From the NCBI GenBank assembly GCA_937871915.1, contig CALMPG010000048.1:5421-69420 (forward strand): a stretch of 64,000 nt of DNA, read 5' to 3'. Below, one piece after another: positions 1 to 8,295 of the stretch; within the stretch, counting starts at the first letter, position 1, and every line of letters starts with the position of its first letter. The notes under the pieces are model-generated. The model did no database searches. It worked only from the letters and a program-made list of their open reading frames with translations, and was not told the DNA's origin. A program made the translations under genes and the position numbers. Source of the stretch: an uncultured Phycisphaerales bacterium (GTDB lineage: Bacteria; Planctomycetota; Phycisphaerae; Phycisphaerales; UBA1924).

Positions 1-557
1 TGGACGAGGTGATGCTCGGGGCGGGGCGGGTGATCGTGGTGCGGGGGTTTTTCGGACCAGATGTGTCGAGCCTGGGCGATCAGCGGGCATTGCGGGCGAT
101 GCTGGGGGTGGCGACGAATCGGTTGAAGGAGCGGCTGGTGGGGCCGCGGTTTGACGTGGGGGCGGAGGGGCCGGCCTCGGGGCTGTTCATGAGCGCGTAC
201 GACGGCCTGGGAATGGGATTGGTCACGGCGGCGACCAGGCAGCCGGGGGAGGCGGCGGTGGGGGCAGCGATCGAGGAGGAACTGGGGCGGCTGGCGAGCG
301 ACGGGCCGACGGCGGAGGAACTGGCGCGGGCGGCGGGGGCGCTGGCACGGTCGGCGGATGCGGCGGAGCGGGACATTCGATATTGGTCGGCCGCGCTGGC
401 GCGATGCACATCTCTGGGGCTGGACCCGGACGAGATCGCGCGGGCGGGGGAGTTCTATCGCACGCTCACGCCGGCGGCGGCGCGAGCGGTGCTGGCGAAG
501 TACCACACGAGGGAACGGACGATCGGCATCACGGTGAGGGCGAAGGCCGGGGAATGA
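1..557 (+). CDS. C-terminal fragment of an M16 (pitrilysin/insulinase-like) family peptidase; 5' end lies outside the window
   Basis: The frame is open from the window edge to TGA at 555-557. '...GPTAEELARAAGALARSADAAERD...LTPAAARAVLAKY' resembles the non-catalytic C-terminal half of M16 proteins. The call comes from a recalled family pattern only. Confidence 0.45.
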   Translation, partial: DEVMLGAGRVIVVRGFFGPDVSSLGDQRALRAMLGVATNRLKERLVGPRFDVGAEGPASGLFMSAYDGLGMGLVTAATRQPGEAAVGAAIEEELGRLASDGPTAEELARAAGALARSADAAERDIRYWSAALARCTSLGLDPDEIARAGEFYRTLTPAAARAVLAKYHTRERTIGITVRAKAGE

Positions 558-592
558 ACGGACCACGGGTTCATCCGGGCGAATCATGAAGC

Positions 593-728
593 GCCCGCAG
601 GGGACCGTCGGGGTACCCAGGCTTGGAACCTCCGGGGACCGTCGGGGTACCCAGGCTTGGAACCGCCGGGGACCGTCGGGGTACCCAGGCTTGGAACCGC
701 CGGGGACCGTCGGAGTGCCGGGAGAATC
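593..728. repeat. Tandem array of about 4 units of 34 bp (AACC[G/T]CCGGGGACCGTCGGGGTACCCAGGCTTGG); the last unit is degenerate
   Basis: Read directly, with units starting near 593, 627, 661 and 695. Each unit carries the palindrome GGGTACCC. The array sits between convergent gene ends (557 and 727). Related arrays occur at 18017-18081 and 34316-34451. Confidence 0.9.
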
Positions 729-1164
729 AGGGGTCGATGGGAGCGAAGCCGACGCCGCGGAGCTGCTGGAGGCGGTGCGAGACGTTCGCGATGATGTCGG
801 CTTCGAGGGCGGGGTCGCGGAGGGGGCCCATCTCGCAGGAGAGTTCGATTGTGCGCGGATCGGGCCCGTCAACGGCGGTGCGGGCCAAAAGCACGCCGGT
901 TCGGCCCGAGACGTGCTTGAGGCGGTAGCGGTGTTGCAGGCCGTCGGGGGAGATCTGAGGGGGCGCGGCGACGCACTCGGACTTCGCCGCGCCGACTTCG
1001 ACGGCGGAGGTGATCGTGACCCAATCGGCGAGAATGGACGCGACGGACGGGGCCGGGGTTGGGGGCGGGCGCCGGAGCCGTGGGGTCGAAGTTGTGCACG
1101 CCCCGAGCATGGTGGGGAGGATAACCAAACACAAAGCGAACAAACAGGAGTTTCTGAGCATCAT
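727..1164 (-). CDS. Hypothetical lipoprotein
   Basis: An internal ATG-ATG at 1159-1164 gives 'MMLRNSCLFALCLVILPTMLGAC', a signal peptide plus LGAC lipobox. The longer ORF back to 1305 adds no recognisable sequence. Confidence 0.55.
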   Translation of the reverse strand: MMLRNSCLFALCLVILPTMLGACTTSTPRLRRPPPTPAPSVASILADWVTITSAVEVGAAKSECVAAPPQISPDGLQHRYRLKHVSGRTGVLLARTAVDGPDPRTIELSCEMGPLRDPALEADIIANVSHRLQQLRGVGFAPIDP

Positions 1165-1210
1165 GGAGCGTGGGGTCCGCGTATCATTTTGCAAGGGAAG
1201 GAGCGGGGTC

Positions 1211-2377
1211 ATGTCGTCAGGACGCATCGGCAGGCGACCGGGTTCGGGGAGATGGCGGGTTGCCCGATCGGCAAGGAGCACTCTGGGCGTGGAGTTCAGC
1301 ATCAAAGTCCCTCAGGGTGCCGAGCGGGTCACGATGCTCGGGGCCGGTGATCGCAACCTGAAAATCATCCGGGAGGCCCTTGGGGTATCGGTATTGGCCC
1401 GGGAGGGTACGGTGCATGTGACCGGGGAGCGGGACCAGGTGGCGGCCGCGCGAAATGTGCTCGAGCGGCTGGGCGGGGCGGCGGAGCGGTCGGAGGCGTT
1501 GTCGCGCCAGCAGGTGATGGACCTGATCGGGCAGGCGGTGTCGGGGGCGCTCCTGCCGCGCCGGCAGCGGGATGAGGAGGAGATCGCCCCGGCGGGCCCG
1601 CCGTGGGAGGCGGACCTGGATGTGTACGTTGGGGCGCAGCGGGTGCGGGCCAAGACGGCGAACCAGCAGGTGTATCTGGACGCGATCCGGGACCACGACC
1701 TGGTGTTCTCGATCGGGCCGGCGGGGACGGGGAAGACGTACCTGGCCGTGGCGGCGGCGGTGCACATGCTCAAGCACCACCGGACGCAGAAGGTGATCCT
1801 GTGCCGGCCGGCGGTGGAGGCGGGGGAGCGGCTGGGGTTCCTGCCGGGGGACTTGCAGCAGAAGGTGAACCCGTACCTGCGGCCGCTGCTCGATGCGCTC
1901 CACGACATGATGGACTACGCGACCATCAAGCGGTTCATGCTCAGCGACGTGGTGGAGGTGATCCCGCTGGCATACATGCGCGGGCGGACGCTCAACAACG
2001 CGGTGATCATTCTCGATGAGGCGCAGAACACGACCAAGGGACAGATGCAGATGTTCCTGACCCGGATGGGGCACGGATCGAAGATGATCGTGACGGGGGA
2101 TGTGACGCAGATCGACCTGCCCGAGGCGGGGGAGAGCGGGCTGATCGACGCGGCGAGCCGGCTGCGGCGGATCCGCGGGATCGAGTTCGTGACCCTCGAC
2201 AAGCACGACATCGTGAGGCACCGGCTGGTGCAGCGGATCGTGGAGGCGTATGGGGATGGGGTGCGGCGGGCCGTGCCGAGCCTGGACGCGGGCGATCCGG
2301 ATGATCCGACGGCGATGGTCCCGGGGCGGAGCGGCGTGCCGATGGTTCCCCGTGTTGGGGGGGATGCTCATCCATGA
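1211..2377 (+). CDS. phoH: PhoH family ATPase (PhoH/YbeZ-like)
   Basis: Walker A 'GPAGTGKTYLAV', 'CRPAVEAGERLGFLPGDLQQKVNPYLRPLLDAL', and 'IILDEAQNTTKGQMQMFLTRMGHGSKMIVTGDVTQIDLP'. The start is taken at ATG 1211; the ORF-track start at 1010 overlaps the divergent lipoprotein gene. Confidence 0.85.
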   Translation: MSSGRIGRRPGSGRWRVARSARSTLGVEFSIKVPQGAERVTMLGAGDRNLKIIREALGVSVLAREGTVHVTGERDQVAAARNVLERLGGAAERSEALSRQQVMDLIGQAVSGALLPRRQRDEEEIAPAGPPWEADLDVYVGAQRVRAKTANQQVYLDAIRDHDLVFSIGPAGTGKTYLAVAAAVHMLKHHRTQKVILCRPAVEAGERLGFLPGDLQQKVNPYLRPLLDALHDMMDYATIKRFMLSDVVEVIPLAYMRGRTLNNAVIILDEAQNTTKGQMQMFLTRMGHGSKMIVTGDVTQIDLPEAGESGLIDAASRLRRIRGIEFVTLDKHDIVRHRLVQRIVEAYGDGVRRAVPSLDAGDPDDPTAMVPGRSGVPMVPRVGGDAHP

Positions 2378-2453
2378 CTTGCCAGGCCCGATAGCCGATG
2401 CTCCACCGGGGGCCTGTCCGCAGTGAACCGAGTACCCGTGTTTCCCCGATCTC

Positions 2454-4856
2454 ATGGCCAAAGAACCCGCCAAGCCGAGCCAGCGAGCCCGCACCGAGGA
2501 ACTTCGGCGCGAGATCGAGGCCGCCGCGGGCGGGGTGTGGGGGGGGTGGCATCGGCCGATGCGGATGGGGAACTTTCTGTGGGCGATGATGGTGCTGGTG
2601 GTGTTCGTGGGGGTGGTGGGGGCGGTGGCGGCGTGGACGCGCGAGCAGCCGCGCGTGGCCGTGGGTCGGATCATGACGACCACGGAGGTGGCGGGGGTTC
2701 GGTTCTCGACGGACGATCCGGCGGCCACGGAGCAGGCGCGGACGATGGCGCGGGCGCAGGCCCCGCGGGTGTACGTGGAGATCCCCGGGGTGCTGGCGGA
2801 GATCCGCAGCAGCCTGGAGCGCCTGCCGCTGATCGCGCAGGAGGCGCCGACGATCGACAGCGTGGAGCCGGGGCTTCGCAAGCAGTACGGGCTGACGGAG
2901 GCGGGCCTGGCCGCGCTCCGGCAGGAGGTTGGGGAATCGGAGATCAGCGCCTCGTGGCGCGACCAGGTGTATCGGCTGGTGGACGAGCTGGCGGTGCACC
3001 CGCTGCTGGCCCGCGAGGCGGCGCAGCTGGAGTCGCAGGCGCTCAACAAGGAGATGGCGCTGCGGCGGGTGGACGCACCCGGGCAGATATTGGTGCCGTC
3101 GGCGAGCATGATCAACGTGGATGCGCAGGACCTTCCCCAGCACCTGCGGCAGCTGGCGCGTGAGGCGGGGTTCGGGCCGGCGCTCATCGACGTGGTGGTG
3201 GCGCGCCTGGCCCAGCCGCCCAAGCCGACGTACTCGTTCGACGCGGCGGCGACGGTGGCGGCGCAGGACGCGGCGGCGGCGGCCGTGGAGCCGCGGGTGG
3301 TGACGTATCCGGAGACCGACGCGATCTACCGGCGGGGGGACGTGCTCACGCAGGCGCAGGCGAACGTGGTGCGCCGGGCGATGGAGGCTCGCCGGGCGTC
3401 GCTGCCGGCGCGCCACTTGTGGGGCTCGCGGGCGGCGGCGATGGGGGTGGTGGGGGCGATCGCGGCGGTGATGATGGGGTACACGGTGCTGTTTGTGCCC
3501 CGCATCCGGCGGAACCCGACGCGGATGGCGGCGATCGGCGCGCTGCTGGGCGGGGCGGCGGTGCTGGCGTGCGTGAGCAGCGCGAAGCTGCCGGACATGA
3601 TCGCGCTGACGGCGCTGGCGCCGACGGTGTTCTGCGCGGTGGTGCTGTGCATCGCGTACAGCCAGCGGGTGGCGATCGCGTTCGGCGCGCTCCACGGCTT
3701 GCTGGTGTGCACCGCGCTGGACCTGCCGGTGGGGATGTACGCGGCGCTGATCTGCGGGGTTGGGGCGGCGGCGTGGCGGCTCAAGGAGATTCGCGACCGG
3801 GACACGCTCATCCGGGCGGGGGTCTCGATGGGCGTGGTGCTGGCGCTGGTGACGATGCTGGTGAGCCTGGTGGAGCTGCCGATCACGCCGGCGGCGCTGG
3901 TGCAGGCGGCCAAGGACGCGGGATGGGCGGGCTTTGGCGGGCTGCTGGTGGCCGGGATCACCCTGTTCATCCTGCCCTCCATGGAGCGGGTGTTCGCGAT
4001 CACGACGGGGCTGACGCTCATCGAGCTTCGCGACCCGAAGCAGCCGGTGCTGCGGCAGCTCCAGCAGCGTGCGCCGGGGACGTACAACCACTCGCTGACG
4101 CTGGCGTCGCTGGGCGAGGCGGCGGCGGAGGCGATCGGGGCCGACGGGCTGCTCACGTACGTGGGCGCGCTGTACCACGACATCGGGAAGATGAACAAGC
4201 CCGACTACTTCGTGGAGAACCAGACGCCGGGGTTCAACCGGCACGACAAGCTGAGCCCGGCGATGAGCCTGCTGGTGATCGTGGGGCACGTGAAGGACGG
4301 GCTGGAGCTGGCGCGGGAGTTCAACCTGCCGCGCCCGCTGTGGCATTTCATCGAGAGCCACCACGGGACGACGCTGGTGGAGTATTTCTTCCACCGGGCC
4401 AGGCGGACGGCGGAGACGAAGAACCGCGCGGCGGCGGGGGGCGGGGAGGAGGACGACGGCCCGACGGAGCTGGAGTATCGGTATCCGGGGCCAAAGCCGC
4501 GCACGAAGGAGGCGTCGATCATCATGATCTGCGACGCGGTGGAGAGCGCGACGCGGGCGATGGCGGACCCGACGCCGAGCCGGATCGACGCGCTGGTGCG
4601 GGCGATCGCGAGCAAGCGGCTCATGGACGGGCAGTTCGAGGAGAGCGACCTGACGCTGCGGGACCTGAACCTGATCGTGGAGGCGGTGAGCAAGACGCTG
4701 GCGAGCATCTACCACGGGCGGATCGCGTACCCGGGCGATGAGCCGCGCGTCGGGGCGGGGGGCAAGGGCGTGGTGCCGGTGTCGGGGACGATCGGGGAGC
4801 GCGCGGCGAACGGGGCGACGGCGGAGGCCAAGCCGAGGGCGACCGTGCGGACGTGA
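2454..4856 (+). CDS. Membrane-bound HD/HDIG-domain phosphohydrolase (7TM receptor with intracellular HD domain, PgpH-like)
   Basis: A large N-terminal domain is followed by multiple hydrophobic helices, then 'YHDIGKMNKPDYFVENQ', 'GHVKDGLELAREF' and 'ESHHGTTLVEYFFHRA'. It sits directly downstream of phoH, a common arrangement. Confidence 0.8.
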   Translation: MAKEPAKPSQRARTEELRREIEAAAGGVWGGWHRPMRMGNFLWAMMVLVVFVGVVGAVAAWTREQPRVAVGRIMTTTEVAGVRFSTDDPAATEQARTMARAQAPRVYVEIPGVLAEIRSSLERLPLIAQEAPTIDSVEPGLRKQYGLTEAGLAALRQEVGESEISASWRDQVYRLVDELAVHPLLAREAAQLESQALNKEMALRRVDAPGQILVPSASMINVDAQDLPQHLRQLAREAGFGPALIDVVVARLAQPPKPTYSFDAAATVAAQDAAAAAVEPRVVTYPETDAIYRRGDVLTQAQANVVRRAMEARRASLPARHLWGSRAAAMGVVGAIAAVMMGYTVLFVPRIRRNPTRMAAIGALLGGAAVLACVSSAKLPDMIALTALAPTVFCAVVLCIAYSQRVAIAFGALHGLLVCTALDLPVGMYAALICGVGAAAWRLKEIRDRDTLIRAGVSMGVVLALVTMLVSLVELPITPAALVQAAKDAGWAGFGGLLVAGITLFILPSMERVFAITTGLTLIELRDPKQPVLRQLQQRAPGTYNHSLTLASLGEAAAEAIGADGLLTYVGALYHDIGKMNKPDYFVENQTPGFNRHDKLSPAMSLLVIVGHVKDGLELAREFNLPRPLWHFIESHHGTTLVEYFFHRARRTAETKNRAAAGGGEEDDGPTELEYRYPGPKPRTKEASIIMICDAVESATRAMADPTPSRIDALVRAIASKRLMDGQFEESDLTLRDLNLIVEAVSKTLASIYHGRIAYPGDEPRVGAGGKGVVPVSGTIGERAANGATAEAKPRATVRT

Positions 4857-4871
4857 ACGTAGGATTCGGGC

Positions 4872-5222
4872 ATGATGTATCGAGGCGTGTATGGCGATGG
4901 GGTGATTGTGCCGGGGGACGGCGTGGAGTTTCCCGAGGGGACGCCGATCACCTTCGAGCCAGAGCGCCGTCCCAAGGCGGACCGAAAGTCCGACAAGAAG
5001 CAGACCACTCGGGCGAAGAAGAGCAAGCGCCGCCGGATGACCGCGGACGAGCGCGTGGCGGCGTTCATGCCGCTGTTTGGAATCTCCAAAGACCGCCCCG
5101 AGTGGAAGGGGCAGCACCGAAGAGATCGCGCGGGAGCTTCGACGGCGAGCGGGTGGTTCGTGGGTCTACGGAAGGGATGCCCGTCGTGGCTGACCTTCTC
5201 CGCATCGACACGTCCGTGCTGA
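4872..5222 (+). CDS. Putative VapB-type antitoxin (DUF104-like N-terminus), apparently frameshifted near 5108-5112
   Basis: The N-terminus 'GVYGDGVIVPGDGVEFPEGTPITFEP' fits the small antitoxin pattern. After 'EWKG' the listed frame turns into R/S/G/W-rich sequence. The neighbouring frame instead reads 'STEEIARELRRRAGGSW...' and stops at 5191-5193. Confidence 0.4.
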   Translation: MMYRGVYGDGVIVPGDGVEFPEGTPITFEPERRPKADRKSDKKQTTRAKKSKRRRMTADERVAAFMPLFGISKDRPEWKGQHRRDRAGASTASGWFVGLRKGCPSWLTFSASTRPC

Positions 5223-5575
5223 TCGATCAGGAGCGCGGGGTGCCCGAGGCCACCAACTGCGTGGCGTCGCTGCTGCGCAGCGGCGGAGCCGCAATGCACC
5301 CCGTGTCGAGAGCCGAGTGTCTCGCGGGCGCGCGTGACAGGCGTCACATCGCCGCGATCAAGTTCGGGCACTCCGGGCTTCGGATGCTGGCGGTGCGAAA
5401 CGAAGACTTCGCACGGGCGCTCGACGTTCTGGAGGCGTGCGTGCTGTCCACCCGGGTGGAATGGCCGGATTGTCTCATTGCGGCGACGTGCCTGCGGCTC
5501 GGGATTCCGATCGTGACCGTCAACGACCGGGACTGTCGAGCAATCAAAGGGCTCCGCGTCGTGCGACCGTATTGA
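5177..5575 (+). CDS. vapC: PIN-domain toxin (VapC-like ribonuclease)
   Basis: Translation from ATG 5177 gives 'MPVVADLLRIDTSVLIDQERG...', with the first acidic PIN residue in the 'DTSVLID' context. The product is about 132 aa and overlaps the upstream small antitoxin-like ORF. Confidence 0.7.
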   Translation: MPVVADLLRIDTSVLIDQERGVPEATNCVASLLRSGGAAMHPVSRAECLAGARDRRHIAAIKFGHSGLRMLAVRNEDFARALDVLEACVLSTRVEWPDCLIAATCLRLGIPIVTVNDRDCRAIKGLRVVRPY

Positions 5576-5603
5576 TCCGTCCTCGACCGAACAGAGCCGG
5601 AAT

Positions 5604-6974
5604 CTATGCGGGGCTGTCGCAGCGTTCGTAGTGCTCGTCGAGCACCGCGAGCCAATCCTCCACGCTCGCCACAGCGATGAACCTCCGGCGGACGTCCTCG
5701 GCGCGTGGATGGTGCGAGGCGAAGCGGATGCCGAACTTGCGCATGGTCTTTCCCGCGCGATCCTCGCCGTTGATGGTGACGCTGAGGCGGAAGTGGTCTT
5801 CAAGCACGGCCCGCTGCTCGGCGATGGTGGGCGGGAGCGGGGGCCGGCCGGCGAGCATCTGGCGGGCCTGGCGGAAGATCCACGGATTGCCGATGCAGCC
5901 GCGGGCCACGGCGACGGCGGAGACGCCGGTGTAGGCGATCATGCGGAAGATGTCGTGGACGTTCCAGATGTCGCCGGAGCCGAAGATCAGGCGGCCGGGG
6001 CGGCGGTGGACGATGGAGCGCAGGAGGTCCCAGCGGCTGGGGCCGATGTACTTCTGCTGCACGGTGCGGGCGTGGATGGTGGCCCAGGCGTAGTCCATGT
6101 CGAACGCGGCGTCGAGGATCCGCTCGAGGTTGGCGGCCATCTGGGGTGTGTCGTCGAAGGAGCGCCGGAGCTTGACGGTGCAGCGGATGTGGGCCGGGAC
6201 GGCCTCGCGGACGGCGCCCAGGATGTCGATGGCGCCCTCGGGCTGGGCCAGCCAGTGCCCGCCGCGGGCCTTGGCCTTGATCTTCTTGACGGGGCAGGCG
6301 AGGTTGATGTCGATGGTCTCGAAGGAGAGGGGAGAGGTGTCGAGGTGTCCAGGTGTCGAGGAAAGGCCGTTGTGGCTTCTAGACACCTCGACACCGTGGC
6401 ACCTCGACACCTCGTCAACTTCGTCGATGAGCGTCTCGCACGTGTCGTCGCCGAGCCCTTCGGTCGGGTCCATGGCGTGGGCAGGGGCGGCGATGAGTTC
6501 CGCGAGTTCGGCGGGAGAACGGTGGGCGTAGGCGAGGGCCCGGTAGTCCTTGGGCGGGCGCGTTCCCTGCTCGGCGACCTTGAGGGCGGCCGCGGCCATC
6601 TCGTGGGGGTCGCTGCCCATGATCTGGCAGGCGAGGGGGTGGTCCTCGGGGCCGCCGGGGACGTTCTCGTGGAGGTCGCCCAGATCGGCCTTGAGGAAGC
6701 CGCGCCCGCCGCCGAGGAGGGTGCGGTCGAGGAGGGCCTCGGTGACGCAGAATGGGCAGCCGTGGCGGCGGGCGATGATGCGCATGGCCGCGTCGGAATA
6801 GCCGGCGAGGCCGGCCTGGAAGAAGGGGGCGTCGAAGCCGGGGACGAGGGCCGTGATGCGGGGGTCCGGGCCTTTGAGGCCGAGTTCGCGAGCGACGGCC
6901 GCGGGGTCGATATGCTCTGCGCCCGGGGCGATGCCGGGGGAGGGGGGCGTGGCGTTGTTGCCGTCGCAGGACAT
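5604..6974 (-). CDS. tRNA-dihydrouridine synthase (Dus family) with an ~80-aa internal insertion
   Basis: 'DINLACPVKKIKAKARGGHWL', 'HARTVQQKYIGPSRWDLL' and 'GSGDIWNVHDIFRMIAYTGVSAVAVARGCIGNPWIF'. About 80 extra residues (aa ~138-218) lie between the 'ALKVAEQG' and 'IDINLACP' segments. Confidence 0.8.
   Translation of the reverse strand: MSCDGNNATPPSPGIAPGAEHIDPAAVARELGLKGPDPRITALVPGFDAPFFQAGLAGYSDAAMRIIARRHGCPFCVTEALLDRTLLGGGRGFLKADLGDLHENVPGGPEDHPLACQIMGSDPHEMAAAALKVAEQGTRPPKDYRALAYAHRSPAELAELIAAPAHAMDPTEGLGDDTCETLIDEVDEVSRCHGVEVSRSHNGLSSTPGHLDTSPLSFETIDINLACPVKKIKAKARGGHWLAQPEGAIDILGAVREAVPAHIRCTVKLRRSFDDTPQMAANLERILDAAFDMDYAWATIHARTVQQKYIGPSRWDLLRSIVHRRPGRLIFGSGDIWNVHDIFRMIAYTGVSAVAVARGCIGNPWIFRQARQMLAGRPPLPPTIAEQRAVLEDHFRLSVTINGEDRAGKTMRKFGIRFASHHPRAEDVRRRFIAVASVEDWLAVLDEHYERCDSPA
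6334..6413. repeat. Imperfect 28-bp inverted repeat (GAGGTGTCGAGGTGTCCAGGTGTCGAGG ... CCTCGACACCGTGGCACCTCGACACCTC) with a 24-nt spacer, inside the Dus CDS
   Basis: Read directly. The arms at 6334-6361 and 6386-6413 match at about 24 of 28 positions. The internal direct repeat CACCTCGACAC occurs twice per arm. Confidence 0.85.
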
Positions 6975-7043
6975 GCGGTGGATGATAGGTTTCGGGTGCG
7001 GTCACTCTCGCAGAGGCGCGACGGCGCAGAGGAGCATGCGGAA

Positions 7044-7466
7044 ATGAACAGGCGAGTCGGACTTTCTCTGTGTCTGTGCGTTGGGTTGGCGGGGCTGGGC
7101 GGGTGCGCTTCGACGGTGGATCCGGCGCTGGCCGGGCCGGAGTATCCGGCGGAGAAATCGCAGACGAGCACGCTGGATATCCAGGTGGTGCGGGGCGACA
7201 CGACGATCACGATCACCAACACCACGGCCCGGGCGTATGGCAAGAGCCGGTTGTGGCTGAACCGGTGGTTCAGCCGGGAGATCGAGTCGCTGGGGGTGGG
7301 AGAGACGGTGGAGCTGGCGCTGAGCTCGTTCCGCGATCAGTACGGCGAGGCGTTTCGCGGGGGCGGGTTCTTCGCGACGCGCACGCCGCAGACGGTGCAG
7401 CAGGTGCAACTGGAGACGGCCGATGGGCTGGTGGGGCTGGTGGCGGTGGGGAGGGCGACGGAGTGA
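7044..7466 (+). CDS. Hypothetical lipoprotein
   Basis: ATG 7044 gives 'MNRRVGLSLCLCVGLAGLGGCAST', a signal peptide plus LGGC lipobox. This is only the last 140 codons of the 611-aa ORF-track entry 5631-7466, whose upstream part is antisense to the Dus-family gene. Confidence 0.6.
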   Translation: MNRRVGLSLCLCVGLAGLGGCASTVDPALAGPEYPAEKSQTSTLDIQVVRGDTTITITNTTARAYGKSRLWLNRWFSREIESLGVGETVELALSSFRDQYGEAFRGGGFFATRTPQTVQQVQLETADGLVGLVAVGRATE

Positions 7467-8257
7467 ACGTTCTTGTCTTCGGCCCGCATCCCGACGATCA
7501 GGAGATCGGCATGGGCGGCACGATCGCCCGGCTGGCCGAGCAGGGGCACGAGGTGTTGCTTGCAGATGTGACGGATGGGAGTCCGACGCCGCGGGGGGAT
7601 CGCTCGTCGCGATTGGTGGAGGCCGCTGGCGCGCTGGAGGCGCTGCAGCCGGGGCCGGGGAAGCCGCGCCTGCGGCGGATTCTGCTTGATCTGCCGAACC
7701 GGACGGTGGAGCACACGATCGCGACGCGGCACCTGTTCGCCGGCGTGATCCGGGCCCACCAGGCGCAGATCGTGTTCACACCGTGGCCGGAGGATGCCCA
7801 CCCGGACCATCGGGCCGTGACGCGGGCGGTGGAGGATGCGAGATTCGATGCAAAGCTCACGAGGGTGGAGATGCCGACGCCGCCCGGGTTGGCGTCGATC
7901 GGACCGCCCGTCTATCCCAAGTGGCTCTTCTACTACCACGTCTCTCACCTCCGGGCGACGATCACGCCGAGCTTTGTGCTGGACATCACGGGCTTTGAGG
8001 GGAAGAAGCTGGCGGCGGTGCGGGCCTACCGGTCGCAGTTCGGGCCGTGGGAGGGGATGGCAGGGGGGACGGTGGGGGCGGGCGGGCCGTCTGCGGAGGG
8101 GGACCCGAAGGCCAGGGGGCGTCTGGTGTCGGCGGACCTGCCGGAGCGGCTGATGGGGTACAGCGCGTACATGGGGTCGCTCATCGGGACGGCGCACGGC
8201 GAGCCGTTCATGACGAAGGAACCGATCGGGCTGTCGTCGCTCGATGCGCTGGTCTAG
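7463..8257 (+). CDS. PIG-L/LmbE family deacetylase
   Basis: GTG 7463 overlaps the upstream stop (GTGA). 'VNVLVFGPHPDDQEIGMGGTIARL' and 'AHPDHRAVTRAVEDA' are the PIG-L signature segments. Confidence 0.75.
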   Translation: MNVLVFGPHPDDQEIGMGGTIARLAEQGHEVLLADVTDGSPTPRGDRSSRLVEAAGALEALQPGPGKPRLRRILLDLPNRTVEHTIATRHLFAGVIRAHQAQIVFTPWPEDAHPDHRAVTRAVEDARFDAKLTRVEMPTPPGLASIGPPVYPKWLFYYHVSHLRATITPSFVLDITGFEGKKLAAVRAYRSQFGPWEGMAGGTVGAGGPSAEGDPKARGRLVSADLPERLMGYSAYMGSLIGTAHGEPFMTKEPIGLSSLDALV

Positions 8258-8295
8258 CGCTTGGCCGCGCGAAGTCGGGCGATAGACTTCGGTGC

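Noticed and set aside
593-728. Whether the 34-bp repeat arrays (also 18017-18081 and 34316-34451) are CRISPR arrays
   Set aside because: The units abut directly with no unique spacers. Arrays have only 2-4 units. No cas genes are present in the window.
586-1350. ORFs 586-1350 and 623-928, which begin inside the 34-bp tandem repeats and encode repeated 'GTVGVPRLGT...' peptides
   Set aside because: The periodic peptide is a by-product of translating the DNA repeat. The ORFs overlap the better-supported minus-strand lipoprotein gene and have no start context.
1217-5117. Minus-strand ORFs 1217-3223 (668 aa) and 2007-5117 (1036 aa) opposite the PhoH-family and PgpH-like genes
   Set aside because: Their Arg/Pro/His/Ala-dominated composition is typical of antisense frames. 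The plus-strand frames carry unambiguous PhoH Walker/DEAQ and HD-domain motifs.
5631-7043. The upstream 470 codons of ORF 5631-7466 (611 aa)
   Set aside because: This part is antisense to the Dus-family gene and is Gly/Ala/Asp/Val-rich. Only the last 140 codons (from ATG 7044, with signal peptide and lipobox) look genuine.
8258-8295. Possible M-box (Mg) riboswitch ahead of mgtE
   Set aside because: Only about 38 nt separate mgtE from the upstream gene, far too short for an M-box. No such structure is visible.
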